NCBI RefSeq assembly: GCF_000142905.1
Contig: NW_013657671.1
Coordinates: forward strand, 248,001-312,000
DNA length: 64,000 nucleotides
DNA from: Thecamonas trahens ATCC 50062
Taxonomy: Eukaryota; Protista; Apusomonadida
Direction: 5' to 3'
In this document: piece by piece, positions 31,246-41,276 of the stretch
Numbering within the stretch: position 1 is the first letter of the stretch
Layout of the letters: each line of letters begins with the position of its first letter
Position numbers and translations under genes: made by a program
The notes under the pieces: model-generated
The model's input: only the letters and a program-made list of their open reading frames with translations
Database searches by the model: none
Told to the model about the DNA's origin: nothing

Positions 31246-34200
31246 CTAATTGGGGTGGCCGTGACGCGCGGCTCTTGCCGCCTCGCGGCGGCGCTTCTTG
31301 GCCTCACGCTCGCGCTGGCGCTGATTGTCTCGCTGCGCCTTTTGCACGGCCAAGACAAAGTCGAGGAACTTACCGCAGAACTCCTGAGCCTTGACCTTGG
31401 CAGGGCTCTCGCCGTACGCTTTGGCGGTCTTGGCGTACGTCGTCTTGATGGCGGCGATTGAGTTGTGCATGTCAGCCAGCGCGGCGTTGGCGCCCTCGGC
31501 AAAGACCCCCATGACCTCGACAAAGCGGTCGGTTGGGGCTACAAGCTCCAGCTCCCGACCAATAACTTTGAGCGCAACAGTGAGTTCGGTCACCTGAGCC
31601 TCCAGCAGCTCGAGCGAGTAGCGCGCACCTTGCTCGACGTGGCTAAGATCCTCGACGAAGCAAAGCACGTTTGGGTGCTTAGTAGCGAGAAAATCGACGA
31701 GAACATGCAGCAGCGTCGTTCGGTTGTCCTGCGACTTGGTGTCGCGTAGCTTGTTAAGAAACGAGAGCCGGAAGCCAAGCGATGGGTACCCGTTCATAAA
31801 GTTGCCAACAGCGAGGACAAGCTCCAGGACCTTACTTAGGGCCTGAGACTCGAGAATGTCGGTGAGCGCGGCCGAGACCATCGTCAGCCCAGTCGTGATG
31901 TCCGTCGACCGCTCCTCAAACTGGAGCTTAGTTCGGATCGACTCTAGCCGTGGCCGCAGCCGGGGCACGTCCATGATGGCCATGACCACCCGCTCCGACT
32001 TGCCCAGAACACCAAGATCGCCGTCGTAGCTAGCCAGCGTCTCGATCTCGTCTGGCGTCGGCAGCTGCTTGAGCAGCCCGCACACCGCGTCCTCGTTCAA
32101 AACACGGGTGTCGAGGTCGAGAATGGCCTCGCGCAGCGCCTCGGGTGGCACCTTGATCTGGGCCATGAGAATGCCGATGGCGTTCGACTTTTTGCCATCG
32201 AGCAGGAGCACCTTTTTGGGCTTGGACGGCGCCGCCGACGCTGCTTGGAGCTTTGGTCGGCTCGAGGTGAACAGTGACTCGAGCTGCTCGTAGTCGAGCG
32301 TCCACTTTTCCGGATGCATGCTCTCAAACACTGTGCCGCGGACTTGTGCCGGTTTGAGCTTGGTCCAGTGCAGTTTCTTCATCGGCAACCGCGGCTTCCG
32401 CAAGGCGGCACCGCGCCCGAGACCAGCGCCGGGTGGGGGCGGAGGGCGCGGACCACCAGGCGGTGGTGGCGGCGGTGGTCCTCTTCCTCCTCCAGGCGGC
32501 GGTGGAGGCGGCGGTGGGCCTCGTCCGGGCGGCGGCGGTGGCGGTGGTGGACCACCTGTCAACACGCCAGCTCCGCCGGCGCGCCTCCCATCAACGTGGG
32601 TTACCGCAAATGACGCCGCCATCCGACGCTTGACAATGATCCTTCGCACGCCGAGGCGGAACCTCACCCGCGCAGCTTTGAGCCGCGAGTCGGCATCAAT
32701 GTCAAGCATAGCCGCCTTTTTGAGCGTGGCTGCTACCTTGCGGGATAGCCGGGTGATCTCGAGCGAGTAGTGCTCCACAGCCTTGGCCGCCCGCCGCGCC
32801 TCGGCCTTGAGGCGGGCCTCATACATTGACACGGCTGCCCGCTGTGCGTCGCGGGCCTGCTGTCGGATTGCGGCAACGTTCGCCGCATGCACATCCAAGG
32901 CGTGGGCCACCTCGGGGCGTGTCGACTCGAGGTCAGACGCCCGCTTCAAGCTGGCAGCAAGCTCGTCCTCAAGCGTGCAAACGCGGTTGACCAGGCCATC
33001 GACATACGCGCGGGTATGGGTGGACGCCTGCATTCGCAGCGTCCGTGGTACGGTGGTGCCAGGCAACTCGTTGATCTCCGCCAGGTAGCCCATTGCTGCT
33101 GTCAGCGCCGGATGGCCTTCGTCCCGCAGCGGTTGTGCGCATGTTGCAAGCTCGTCTGCAGTAGGCACGTCGACCATGCGCGCAAGACGCTCGGCCAGCA
33201 GCGGCCAGCTGGCTTCTGCAAGGCTTCCCAGCGTCGGCAGGCTAACCAACAACTGCATAATCGCAACAAAGGCATGGTATGCTCGCTGCGATCCGACCCG
33301 TAGATGCTCGGCAAGAAACTGGGCCATGGCACTCGGCGACCTCATGTCGACGCCATGCATGACCAGCGCGGCGCCGTCGGCAGCGGCCTGCTCGCGAAAC
33401 GCCACCAGTGCGTCGGCAGCGTCGCCGTAGGCCTCGGTATCGTCCTCAAACGCATTCAAGGCCGCGCCGAGGCCGTGGGCCATCCACTCTTCTCGGAGCG
33501 CGGCGCGAGCGTCGGCATCACCCAGTCCGTCAAGCACCGCGTTGAGCAGCTGAAGCGCCAGTCGCGCCAGCTCAAAGTCGCTATTGGCACTTCCCACGAG
33601 GCCCAGCACATGCTTGAATCGGTACGGGTAGCGCCAGTCCTGTGCCACCTGCTCAAACGCACGCAAGTGTGCGTGCGCGTTTGCGGACGGCTCGCGCCCC
33701 ACCCACGCGAGCAGAACTTGCAACAGCGGCTCACGGAGTGCTGGCAACGGCCAGCGCAAGAGGCTGACAATCGCGCCCCGCGCGGAGCCATGGCGCTCGA
33801 CAACGTCGAAATGCTGTGGCGATACAGCCAACAGCTCGGCAAGCGAGTGTGCAACGTTTGCGACGCTGGCTTGCTCCGGTGGGGTGAGCTTGGGCGCTCG
33901 CGACGCCATGACTAGGTTCTCCACAATGGCGTCAAGCCCGCCACCATCGTCCAGCTCTGCGGCAAAGGATGCTCCGCCGGCGCGGAGCGCCCGGCGTAGT
34001 GCCTCATGAGAGAGCGATTCATCGCCCAGCTTGAGCATGGTTGCAAAGTACTGCGGTGCCTTGTAGAGCTCGACGTCCGATCCGCTCGACGAGCCAGGCT
34101 CGGGCTCCGACGACGGAGATGCGACCCGCGGCGACTCGCCGGGTGTGGCCGCCGGTGTGCTGAGCGGCGTTACTGATCCGGAGAACGAGAACGAGGCATG

Positions 34201-37200
34201 CGGGAGCGAGCCCTGCGGCAGCGCCACCAGCGGCGACGTGAGATCAAGTCGAGGAATGGGTGTGGCTGCAGCAGGAGGGCCACCTGACGGCGAAGGCGTG
34301 GCCACGCCCCGGGCTTGGAGCTTGCTAAGCACGGCAAGTTCGTTCTTGTACGTTTGAAGCTTGGTACGCAACACATCGTGGGCGGCGCGAGCTGCGAGGT
34401 GCGACCGCTGCATGGTGTGGCGGTGGTGAAGCTCAATGGCGACGTCGTCTTCTAGAGTGGTGAGCAGCGCGCGATTGCGCTCGCGCGCTGCGTTCTTGAG
34501 CGCATTGCATTGGTCAGCTGTAAGCTCGCCGGCGTGGAAGCGGGCATCACACTCGGTGAGCTTCGACTCGAGTGTGCGCACCGCATCGGCGCGGGCGACT
34601 GCGATGACAGCGCTGCGCTCGGCAGCCTCTACAGTCTGCCGCTGAGCGACGACACTTGCACGCACCGAACGTGGTGTGAAAACAGTCGAGTTGGACGCCC
34701 GTGGGGTGTGGGCCAACTCTTCGAGGCTCACCAGCTCAGCGGTCAAGTTTGCGCGGAGCGTCTTGAGCTTGGCGGAAAGCGCCATGGGCTCATCGGCCAG
34801 CTCCCGGCGGGCCTTGGCCATGGCCACTTTGGCCTTGGTCTTGGCAATGTCGCGGGCGGCGGCGTGACGACGCTGGGCGGCGGCGCGCGAGCCCGACTCA
34901 AACGCGGCCGCGCCTGCGTCAATCAGGTCGCCGGTCGAGCTGGATGCGGTCTGTTCCGCAGTGTCAAGCTCGAGCAGGACGGCGACGGTCGACGACAAGG
35001 TCTGCGAGAGCGCAGTCTGTGATGCGGCATCGTAGCGAGCGCCAAAGACCTCAAGCTCATGGTCGAGCGGGTGCGGTGGCGTGGCGGCAGCAGCGGCAAT
35101 GGCTGTCGTCACAAGCTCGGCCCGGGCCGCACTCTGTTGACTCTCTGCAGCAGCGGCAGCCGACTCGGATGCGGCTGCAGCCGTATGGAGCTTGGCCAGC
35201 GCTGACGCCGCAGCTTCCTGCTCCGAGCCAGCCTCGTGAAGCTCAGCTTGTGCGGCGGTGGCGACGTGGGCGCGACGCTCGGCGAGGTGGCGTGCAGCGG
35301 TATGCATCCGCTCACTAACGCATTCGGATTCAAATGCAGCCAGCTTGGCGGCGGCGTCGGCACCGCCGCTGGCTGTATCAATCTCCTGGAGAAGTTCCAG
35401 GCGAGCGTGGAGCGCGTGGTCGAGCTGATCAAGCTCAAGCGCGTGCCGTGCGTCAAGAACTTGCAGCTGGAGCGACTGTGCGGCCTGACGCGAGGCAAGA
35501 GCTTGCTTGCGACCAGCAAGAAGTGCAGCAAGGTCAGCATCGGCGTCGGCTCGAGCCCGCTCAGCCGCGGCAACATACTTGGACGAGACAGCAGCAGCGG
35601 CACGCGGGTCGGAAGCAAGCGCGCGCTCGCGCTCGCATGAGAGCATGAGTGAGGCAGTGAGTGCAGCAACACGGGCATCGTGCTGGTGGCGGAGCGTCTC
35701 CATGTGCAGCGCCAGCGCCATGTTCTCAGCCAGGTGCTGGTCGTTAAGGGCGAGACGGTGATGGGCCTCTTCAAGCTTGGCCTCGTCTCGAACCGTCTCC
35801 ATAGCAACTTGCAGCTTGGCCGAGGCAATGGCATCGCTGAGCTGGACACCCGAGCGGTTGAGCTCGTGCGACGAAGCGTCGAGCGAGGTCGCGAGCGCGA
35901 GCTCGCGGTGCTGCTGCCGCGCACCTAGCGCCGCCTTTTCCAGCGCGTACTGCTTGTGACGGAGAACCGCGAGCTGGACGTCATGCTCAATGGTGTGTTG
36001 GAGTGCAGCGCGCGCTGATCCACTGCGGGCCTCGAGCCGCGCCTTGTGCTTGGCCTCAAGCTTGTCACGCTCGACGGCAGCCTCGTACTCGAGTGTCTTG
36101 ATTCGAGTTTCGGCAGCCGCCCGGATGATGGTGGCCTCGTCCGAGCCGGGCTCGACGTCCGAAAGTGCCGTCGTGAGCGCTTGAGCTTCGCGGGCAACAC
36201 CCTCGGCAAGCTGCCGATCGAGGGCATGGATGCTTACCGAGAGCGAGTCGTTGGCGGACGCCTCGTGGACTGCGAGATCAAGATCGAGCTTGGCCCGGAG
36301 CGAGGCGTGGCGGAGAGCAAGGACGGTGGCCTCGTGACGCGGGAGCTTGGCAAGTTCTGTCTCATACTCGGATCCAGCTCTTGTACCAGCACTGCGGAGG
36401 TGCGCCTCTACAGAAGGAGAAGACACACCCGGCTCGGGTGGCTCCAAACCGACGAGCCTGTTTTCGTACGCAGCGTCGGCGGCGGAGATGCCCGACTCGC
36501 GGGCGCGGCCTGCTATGACGGCCATATGAAATACGAGCTGGTCGCGGGCAAGCTCCACCGGCAGCGGATCCGCGAGTGAGACGCAGGCCCGCAAGTCCTG
36601 GCCCAGCGCCTGAACTTGTTCGGTGAGGCCGGTCTTGATCGAGGTCAGCGCCGCGTTGAGCTCGAGACGGGCGGCCGAGGAGAGCGAGCGCGAGGCTGAA
36701 AGAGCATCGGGATCCGAGGGAAGAACAAACGAACCGAGCGATTCCACTAGGACCCGAGCCGGGTCGACGAGGATGCCGTGCTTGGCCTTGGCCGCAAAGT
36801 AGCGAACGCCCTCCACAGTCCCGTCGTGCTTGCCCGCCCGCTTGTCGAGCTCGATGCCGGCCCACACGCCCGAGGCAAAGGCGACCGGGCCGAGGTATCG
36901 CAGCGAGCCGACTAGACGCGAGTTGACCATGACCCGAGCGCCGAGCGGGATCGGCCCACCGCGGAACGCCGCCTGCTGCGACTTTGGTACATGCGGAAGG
37001 AGGTCGAGCGGCGCCGCGCCGGCCGGGTGCAGCGAACGCAGATAGCGCGCCACCTCGGTGGCAGCGCCGAGAGGCTCGCTCAAGTTTGCTAGCAGCGGCT
37101 GGGCCAGCGCCGGACAGGCCAGCGCCTTGCGGAGCGCAGCTTCGGCGGCGGCCGGCGCCGCCGCCAGGACGTCGACTACGGCCTGAGGCGCACCCGAGAG

Positions 37201-37302
37201 CCGCGCGAGCGTCCCCAGCGCGACCCGCACCGCAGTTCCGCTCCACTGCGCACCCGCCCGCGGTGGATGGGCCTTGCGGAGCGAGTGTGGTACGTGCTCC
37301 AT
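31246..37302 (-). CDS. Formin with N-terminal CAP-Gly domain (CAP-Gly - coiled coil - GBD/FH3-like - FH1 - FH2)
   Basis: Single 2018-aa ORF. CAP-Gly GSLRYLGPVAFASGVWAGIELDKRAGKHDGTVEGVRYF. Poly-Pro FH1. FH2 motifs KKLHWTKL, NAIGIL, LAVGNFMN, GFRLSFLNKLRDTKS, TTLLH. Confidence 0.92.
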   Translation of the reverse strand: MEHVPHSLRKAHPPRAGAQWSGTAVRVALGTLARLSGAPQAVVDVLAAAPAAAEAALRKALACPALAQPLLANLSEPLGAATEVARYLRSLHPAGAAPLDLLPHVPKSQQAAFRGGPIPLGARVMVNSRLVGSLRYLGPVAFASGVWAGIELDKRAGKHDGTVEGVRYFAAKAKHGILVDPARVLVESLGSFVLPSDPDALSASRSLSSAARLELNAALTSIKTGLTEQVQALGQDLRACVSLADPLPVELARDQLVFHMAVIAGRARESGISAADAAYENRLVGLEPPEPGVSSPSVEAHLRSAGTRAGSEYETELAKLPRHEATVLALRHASLRAKLDLDLAVHEASANDSLSVSIHALDRQLAEGVAREAQALTTALSDVEPGSDEATIIRAAAETRIKTLEYEAAVERDKLEAKHKARLEARSGSARAALQHTIEHDVQLAVLRHKQYALEKAALGARQQHRELALATSLDASSHELNRSGVQLSDAIASAKLQVAMETVRDEAKLEEAHHRLALNDQHLAENMALALHMETLRHQHDARVAALTASLMLSCERERALASDPRAAAAVSSKYVAAAERARADADADLAALLAGRKQALASRQAAQSLQLQVLDARHALELDQLDHALHARLELLQEIDTASGGADAAAKLAAFESECVSERMHTAARHLAERRAHVATAAQAELHEAGSEQEAAASALAKLHTAAAASESAAAAAESQQSAARAELVTTAIAAAAATPPHPLDHELEVFGARYDAASQTALSQTLSSTVAVLLELDTAEQTASSSTGDLIDAGAAAFESGSRAAAQRRHAAARDIAKTKAKVAMAKARRELADEPMALSAKLKTLRANLTAELVSLEELAHTPRASNSTVFTPRSVRASVVAQRQTVEAAERSAVIAVARADAVRTLESKLTECDARFHAGELTADQCNALKNAARERNRALLTTLEDDVAIELHHRHTMQRSHLAARAAHDVLRTKLQTYKNELAVLSKLQARGVATPSPSGGPPAAATPIPRLDLTSPLVALPQGSLPHASFSFSGSVTPLSTPAATPGESPRVASPSSEPEPGSSSGSDVELYKAPQYFATMLKLGDESLSHEALRRALRAGGASFAAELDDGGGLDAIVENLVMASRAPKLTPPEQASVANVAHSLAELLAVSPQHFDVVERHGSARGAIVSLLRWPLPALREPLLQVLLAWVGREPSANAHAHLRAFEQVAQDWRYPYRFKHVLGLVGSANSDFELARLALQLLNAVLDGLGDADARAALREEWMAHGLGAALNAFEDDTEAYGDAADALVAFREQAAADGAALVMHGVDMRSPSAMAQFLAEHLRVGSQRAYHAFVAIMQLLVSLPTLGSLAEASWPLLAERLARMVDVPTADELATCAQPLRDEGHPALTAAMGYLAEINELPGTTVPRTLRMQASTHTRAYVDGLVNRVCTLEDELAASLKRASDLESTRPEVAHALDVHAANVAAIRQQARDAQRAAVSMYEARLKAEARRAAKAVEHYSLEITRLSRKVAATLKKAAMLDIDADSRLKAARVRFRLGVRRIIVKRRMAASFAVTHVDGRRAGGAGVLTGGPPPPPPPPGRGPPPPPPPPGGGRGPPPPPPPGGPRPPPPPGAGLGRGAALRKPRLPMKKLHWTKLKPAQVRGTVFESMHPEKWTLDYEQLESLFTSSRPKLQAASAAPSKPKKVLLLDGKKSNAIGILMAQIKVPPEALREAILDLDTRVLNEDAVCGLLKQLPTPDEIETLASYDGDLGVLGKSERVVMAIMDVPRLRPRLESIRTKLQFEERSTDITTGLTMVSAALTDILESQALSKVLELVLAVGNFMNGYPSLGFRLSFLNKLRDTKSQDNRTTLLHVLVDFLATKHPNVLCFVEDLSHVEQGARYSLELLEAQVTELTVALKVIGRELELVAPTDRFVEVMGVFAEGANAALADMHNSIAAIKTTYAKTAKAYGESPAKVKAQEFCGKFLDFVLAVQKAQRDNQRQREREAKKRRREAARAARHGHPN

Positions 37303-37445
37303 GCGCCCGTGTCAAGTGACGGCTATCGGCACCTGGAGCGGGAGGTTGCGGCGTAGGTGAAACAGCGTGGGCGGGCTGAGATCCCGGCGGACCCAGCGCC
37401 GGGCACAAACAGCAGTGTATGTCTCAACTTCAACAATGATTGCTC

Positions 37446-38252
37446 TCATATATCAAGGGCAGAGACGACGGCGGACCAATCAAAGTCGTCGTCGAGGCCG
37501 GTGATGCCGTTGGATGGCGGAGATGCGGGGATGGATGCAGCCGGCGCAGCCGGTGCTGCCGGGCGTGACGGCGAGTCGAGAACAATGACTTCGCCCGGCG
37601 AGCGAGGCCGAGGCTGAGGGCGAGCGCGGGCAGAAACACCCCGAACGGCCGCGTCGTCATCCGAGTCAGACGAGGAGATCGAGATGGAGATGGAGATGTC
37701 GCCAATGGCGCTGCGCCTGGCCGCCGCAGTGGCAGGCGCAGACAGAGCAGCCGCGGACGCAGGAGCAGGCGCAGACGGAGCAGCCGGGCGCGGAAGCAAA
37801 TCGGCGTCAATGTCAAAGCAAACGCTACGCGGCTGGTCCGGGGGGCACGAGGCCGACGCCGCCTTGGACGCCGCCTTGGACGGCTTGGACACCGACTTGG
37901 ACGTCTTGCGGCGCTTGGACGGCCGCGATGGCAGCGCGTCGAGCGCGTCGGCCACCCGTTGGCGGACCTTGGGGAGCCTCCGCGCACAGAGGAGGACATC
38001 CTTTTCGGTCACGTTCTTGCGCTTGCCGTGGCGAGCAAAGGAGAGCGCGTCTGTTCCGACACACACGGTGTAACCGGCTGCGAGCGAGGCAAGGATGCCG
38101 ACCAGGGCGGTCGACGCAGGACGGCTCACCTCGCGGCCCTCGGCCTCACACAGGACGCCGGTGGCAAACACCATCTCCTCGGTCAGCACAGCCTCGCGCC
38201 TCCCGGGGCCCGGCTCACTCATGATCGAACCCCCCGTGTGCCCTGCAGACAT
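37446..38252 (-). CDS. CENPS: CENP-S / MHF1 histone-fold protein with long low-complexity C-terminal tail (start may be 38222)
   Basis: TGVLCE...DALSFARHGKRKNVTEKDVLLCARR matches the CENP-S DLExFARHAKR..I..EDV.L.ARR pattern. Confidence 0.78.
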   Translation of the reverse strand: MSAGHTGGSIMSEPGPGRREAVLTEEMVFATGVLCEAEGREVSRPASTALVGILASLAAGYTVCVGTDALSFARHGKRKNVTEKDVLLCARRLPKVRQRVADALDALPSRPSKRRKTSKSVSKPSKAASKAASASCPPDQPRSVCFDIDADLLPRPAAPSAPAPASAAALSAPATAAARRSAIGDISISISISSSDSDDDAAVRGVSARARPQPRPRSPGEVIVLDSPSRPAAPAAPAASIPASPPSNGITGLDDDFDWSAVVSALDI

Positions 38253-38589
38253 GCACTCTCTGCGGGCGTGAGAGGTGTATTCGTGGCATGGTCAGCCCTG
38301 GCCGCTTTGGCTAGTGCTGGTGCCTTCAGGAAGAGTCGCTGGCTTGCAGCCTCCCAGTTTCCCGAAGCGTGGCTCCGACCGACCAAAAAAGGTCGTAGAA
38401 GGTGTGCAGGCCACAAACGGACAACTACCTGCCGAGACCAACTGATTCCATCCGAGGTTACACCCGACGCCAGACGCAGACGCCGACGAGGGCAACAAGA
38501 GAGAGCCCACTTCCGCCTGCAGCCAACCAAGTAGCAGTCACACTTTGCACTCCAACCACACACCTTTCGTTCCTTCCCAGCACCGCGCT

Positions 38590-39426
38590 ATGTTCCGCTT
38601 GGTAGCCACGCAGAGCCTCGCTCCGCAGCGGCTGGCCAGGTTCGTGATCGGCTCGGAATTGCCTTCCTTCTTTGCCAAACGCGTGCGTGTCGCGTCATTC
38701 GGCTCGGCGGCAGCCTTTGCTCGTGCGGCCGAGGCTGCCGCTGGCTCCAACACCGCATCTAACATGTCCGGCGATGCGCCGTGGATGGGCGCTGCACCTG
38801 AGCGCGACGCATGCTGGTCTTGCGGCTCAGGCGTCGCCCAGAGCGCCAGCCTCACGTGCGGCTCGTGCGGCTCGGTCCTTCCGCTCCCCGACAAGGAGCC
38901 TGACCTCTTTGCCGTCCTCGGCCTCCCACGAACGTACAAGGTCGACACCGGCCGCCTAGAGACAGCGTTCAAGAAGGCGCAGCGGGCCATGCATCCCGAC
39001 CGCTTTGCCGCCGCAGCCGGGCCCGAGGAGACGTACGCCTCGCAAGCCTCGGCCCTGTGCAACAAGGCTGTCGGTGTCCTCCGCGACCCGATCGAGCGGG
39101 CCATGTACCTCCTCGCCTCGTCGGGCTATGACCTGGAAGAAATGACTCTTGCCGATGAGCCCGAGCTCCTTATGGAGGTGCTTGAGGCCCAAGAGGAGGT
39201 CGCCGAGGCCACGGACCTCGACTTGCTGCACCAGCTGCAGGCCCAGGCCGAGGCCCGATGCGCCTCCACAGAAGCCGCCTTTGCCGCCCTCATCGACGGC
39301 CCATCTGATAACTTGCCTGCTGCCCAGCGCAAGGCCATCGAGATGAAGTACTGGAACAACATCCGCGAGGCCGCCAATGACCACATTGCCCGTCTCGAGA
39401 AGCGCTCGTACTCGGACCGCGTGTGA
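38590..39426 (+). CDS. HSCB: Mitochondrial Fe-S cluster co-chaperone HscB/Jac1
   Basis: Presequence-like N-terminus, CWSC...CGSC, J-domain with HPD, LRDPIERAMYLL, LMEVLEAQE, MKYW. Confidence 0.9.
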   Translation: MFRLVATQSLAPQRLARFVIGSELPSFFAKRVRVASFGSAAAFARAAEAAAGSNTASNMSGDAPWMGAAPERDACWSCGSGVAQSASLTCGSCGSVLPLPDKEPDLFAVLGLPRTYKVDTGRLETAFKKAQRAMHPDRFAAAAGPEETYASQASALCNKAVGVLRDPIERAMYLLASSGYDLEEMTLADEPELLMEVLEAQEEVAEATDLDLLHQLQAQAEARCASTEAAFAALIDGPSDNLPAAQRKAIEMKYWNNIREAANDHIARLEKRSYSDRV

Positions 39427-39531
39427 GGATGGAGTGCTGTCACACCCTTCATCCCACCTCCGATATCTTGTGTGCGGCCGTCCTGTACCCGGTTGTCACT
39501 TCCTTTACAGCGGCGCGCAAACGCCGCCGTC

Positions 39532-41097
39532 TCAGCACGGCGTGGAGAATCCCATTGAAGCTCCCGATGCCAGCTCTTTCACCACGCTGACTGCGCCTGT
39601 ATACGTCAGCAGCGCCGTCGAGAGGCCGATGACGCCCGCAACAAGAAAGGCAATAAGCGACTGGGTCCCGGTCCGCGCTACCGCAGCGCGCAGCAAATAC
39701 TGGCCGCACAGCGCCGCAACAAAGCCCCAGCCCGCAAACCAGGCCGCGTACGGTAGCGCCAGCTGGCCGAGAACTACAAACTGGGCCACCGTCGCAGACG
39801 ACGTGAACATGATCATAAAGCCCGAGGTTGCCGTTGACGCGCTCGGCTCCATACCCAGCTCGAGCAGCAGCGGGCCCTTGATCATCCCACCGCCAATGCC
39901 CATCAGCCCGGCAGCAACGCCGGCGCCAAACGAGTACCGTGGAATGACCTTGGTCGTGTGCGCCGTCCAGCGGATGTCCGACGGCAGAAAGGTGTATCCA
40001 GCAGCCTCCTTGGCCGCGTGCTCGCGCCGTAGGCAACCTCCGATCCACACCGTCACCAGCCAAGCGCCGGGTAGCGCTGCGGCCAGAACCAGCCAGTAAC
40101 CGGCCGAGCACGGCTCGATGCCCACCACCGACCGCGCTCCATGTCCGCCCTTGATCATCGAGAGCACAAGGACCGCCAGCCACACCGCACCCACGCTTGC
40201 CACCTTGCCCATCGGGATTCTAGCCTCGGCCGCGCGGATTGCCGCCAGCTCTGGCGAGAGTCCTGCGACCTCGCTGGCGCCGCTAGCATTGGCTTCATCC
40301 GAGAGCACGCTGTCGCGCTTGCTCACCGCCGTCTCGCGCGCAGCAATGGCTTTGGCCTTGGCATACGTCCGCAGCGTGGTCGCCGTGAGGAGGACAATGA
40401 GTAGGCCGAGAATGAGCCACGAGGGGAGGACCGTGTTGAGCAAGACGCCCAGAATCGAGCCGGCAAGCGTCATCGGCTCGAGCATGAGAACAACCGCATA
40501 GTCGATGAGCGGACGTGACGCAGCAGGGTGCCGCCGACGCGCAGCGACCACAAAGTTGGCTAGCGCCGAGCCAAAAATGGTGGCCTTGGAGAGCGGGATG
40601 GCCTCTGACGGCGCAAAGCCCATGACGAGGACAAAGAGCGGGACAAAGAGCCCACCGCCGCCAAGACCGGCACCAGCAGCAAGCGCCGCGCCGAGAACAA
40701 CCCCAAGAGTCCCTGTCAGGTCCGTCGCCGCCAGCGGGAGCAGCGGCTTGTGGACACAGAGCGCAGTCTCTGCATCGCACACCAGATCCTGCCCGCGCAC
40801 GTCGCACTCACCATCGCTCGTGCAGCGGACGCACTCGAGCACCACCCCATCACAGAGCCAGCCGGGCGGACACTGCGCTGCGTTGATGCACGGTACGGCC
40901 CACCCAGCCTCGCCCAAGTCTTGCCCATCATGGACATGCGCCGCCTCCGCTACCGCCTTGCTCCCGCCCCCCACACCCGCCACCGCCACCGCCGCCGCCA
41001 CCGCCACCGCCAGCAACGCCCGCCAGTGCCAGTGCGAGGCCACTCGTCTTCGCCCCCGCGCCCGCTCCGCTCTCCGCTCGCCCCGGTTCGCAGTCAT
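39532..41097 (-). CDS. Sulfite exporter TauE/SafE family membrane protein with N-terminal Cys-rich luminal segment
   Basis: AGAGLGGGGLFVP, AIPLSKATIFG, PLIDY, AGLMGIGGGMIKGPLLLELG, SATSGFMIMFTSS. Confidence 0.88.
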   Translation of the reverse strand: MTANRGERRAERARGRRRVASHWHWRALLAVAVAAAVAVAGVGGGSKAVAEAAHVHDGQDLGEAGWAVPCINAAQCPPGWLCDGVVLECVRCTSDGECDVRGQDLVCDAETALCVHKPLLPLAATDLTGTLGVVLGAALAAGAGLGGGGLFVPLFVLVMGFAPSEAIPLSKATIFGSALANFVVAARRRHPAASRPLIDYAVVLMLEPMTLAGSILGVLLNTVLPSWLILGLLIVLLTATTLRTYAKAKAIAARETAVSKRDSVLSDEANASGASEVAGLSPELAAIRAAEARIPMGKVASVGAVWLAVLVLSMIKGGHGARSVVGIEPCSAGYWLVLAAALPGAWLVTVWIGGCLRREHAAKEAAGYTFLPSDIRWTAHTTKVIPRYSFGAGVAAGLMGIGGGMIKGPLLLELGMEPSASTATSGFMIMFTSSATVAQFVVLGQLALPYAAWFAGWGFVAALCGQYLLRAAVARTGTQSLIAFLVAGVIGLSTALLTYTGAVSVVKELASGASMGFSTPC

Positions 41098-41276
41098 CCA
41101 GTCCACTCCGGGCGCCCTCTCTTTCTGCAAGGTCAAGTATGCTTGCCACCGGCCGCCCCGGGGGTGTTGGCGCCGGCCTGGCGGCACCCCGCTCCGCGCC
41201 CGTTCTCCGCGCTACCGCCGGCTCGTCGACCGCCCGCTCGGCCATCACCACCGGAGCCGTCCGCCCGGCTGGCCGC

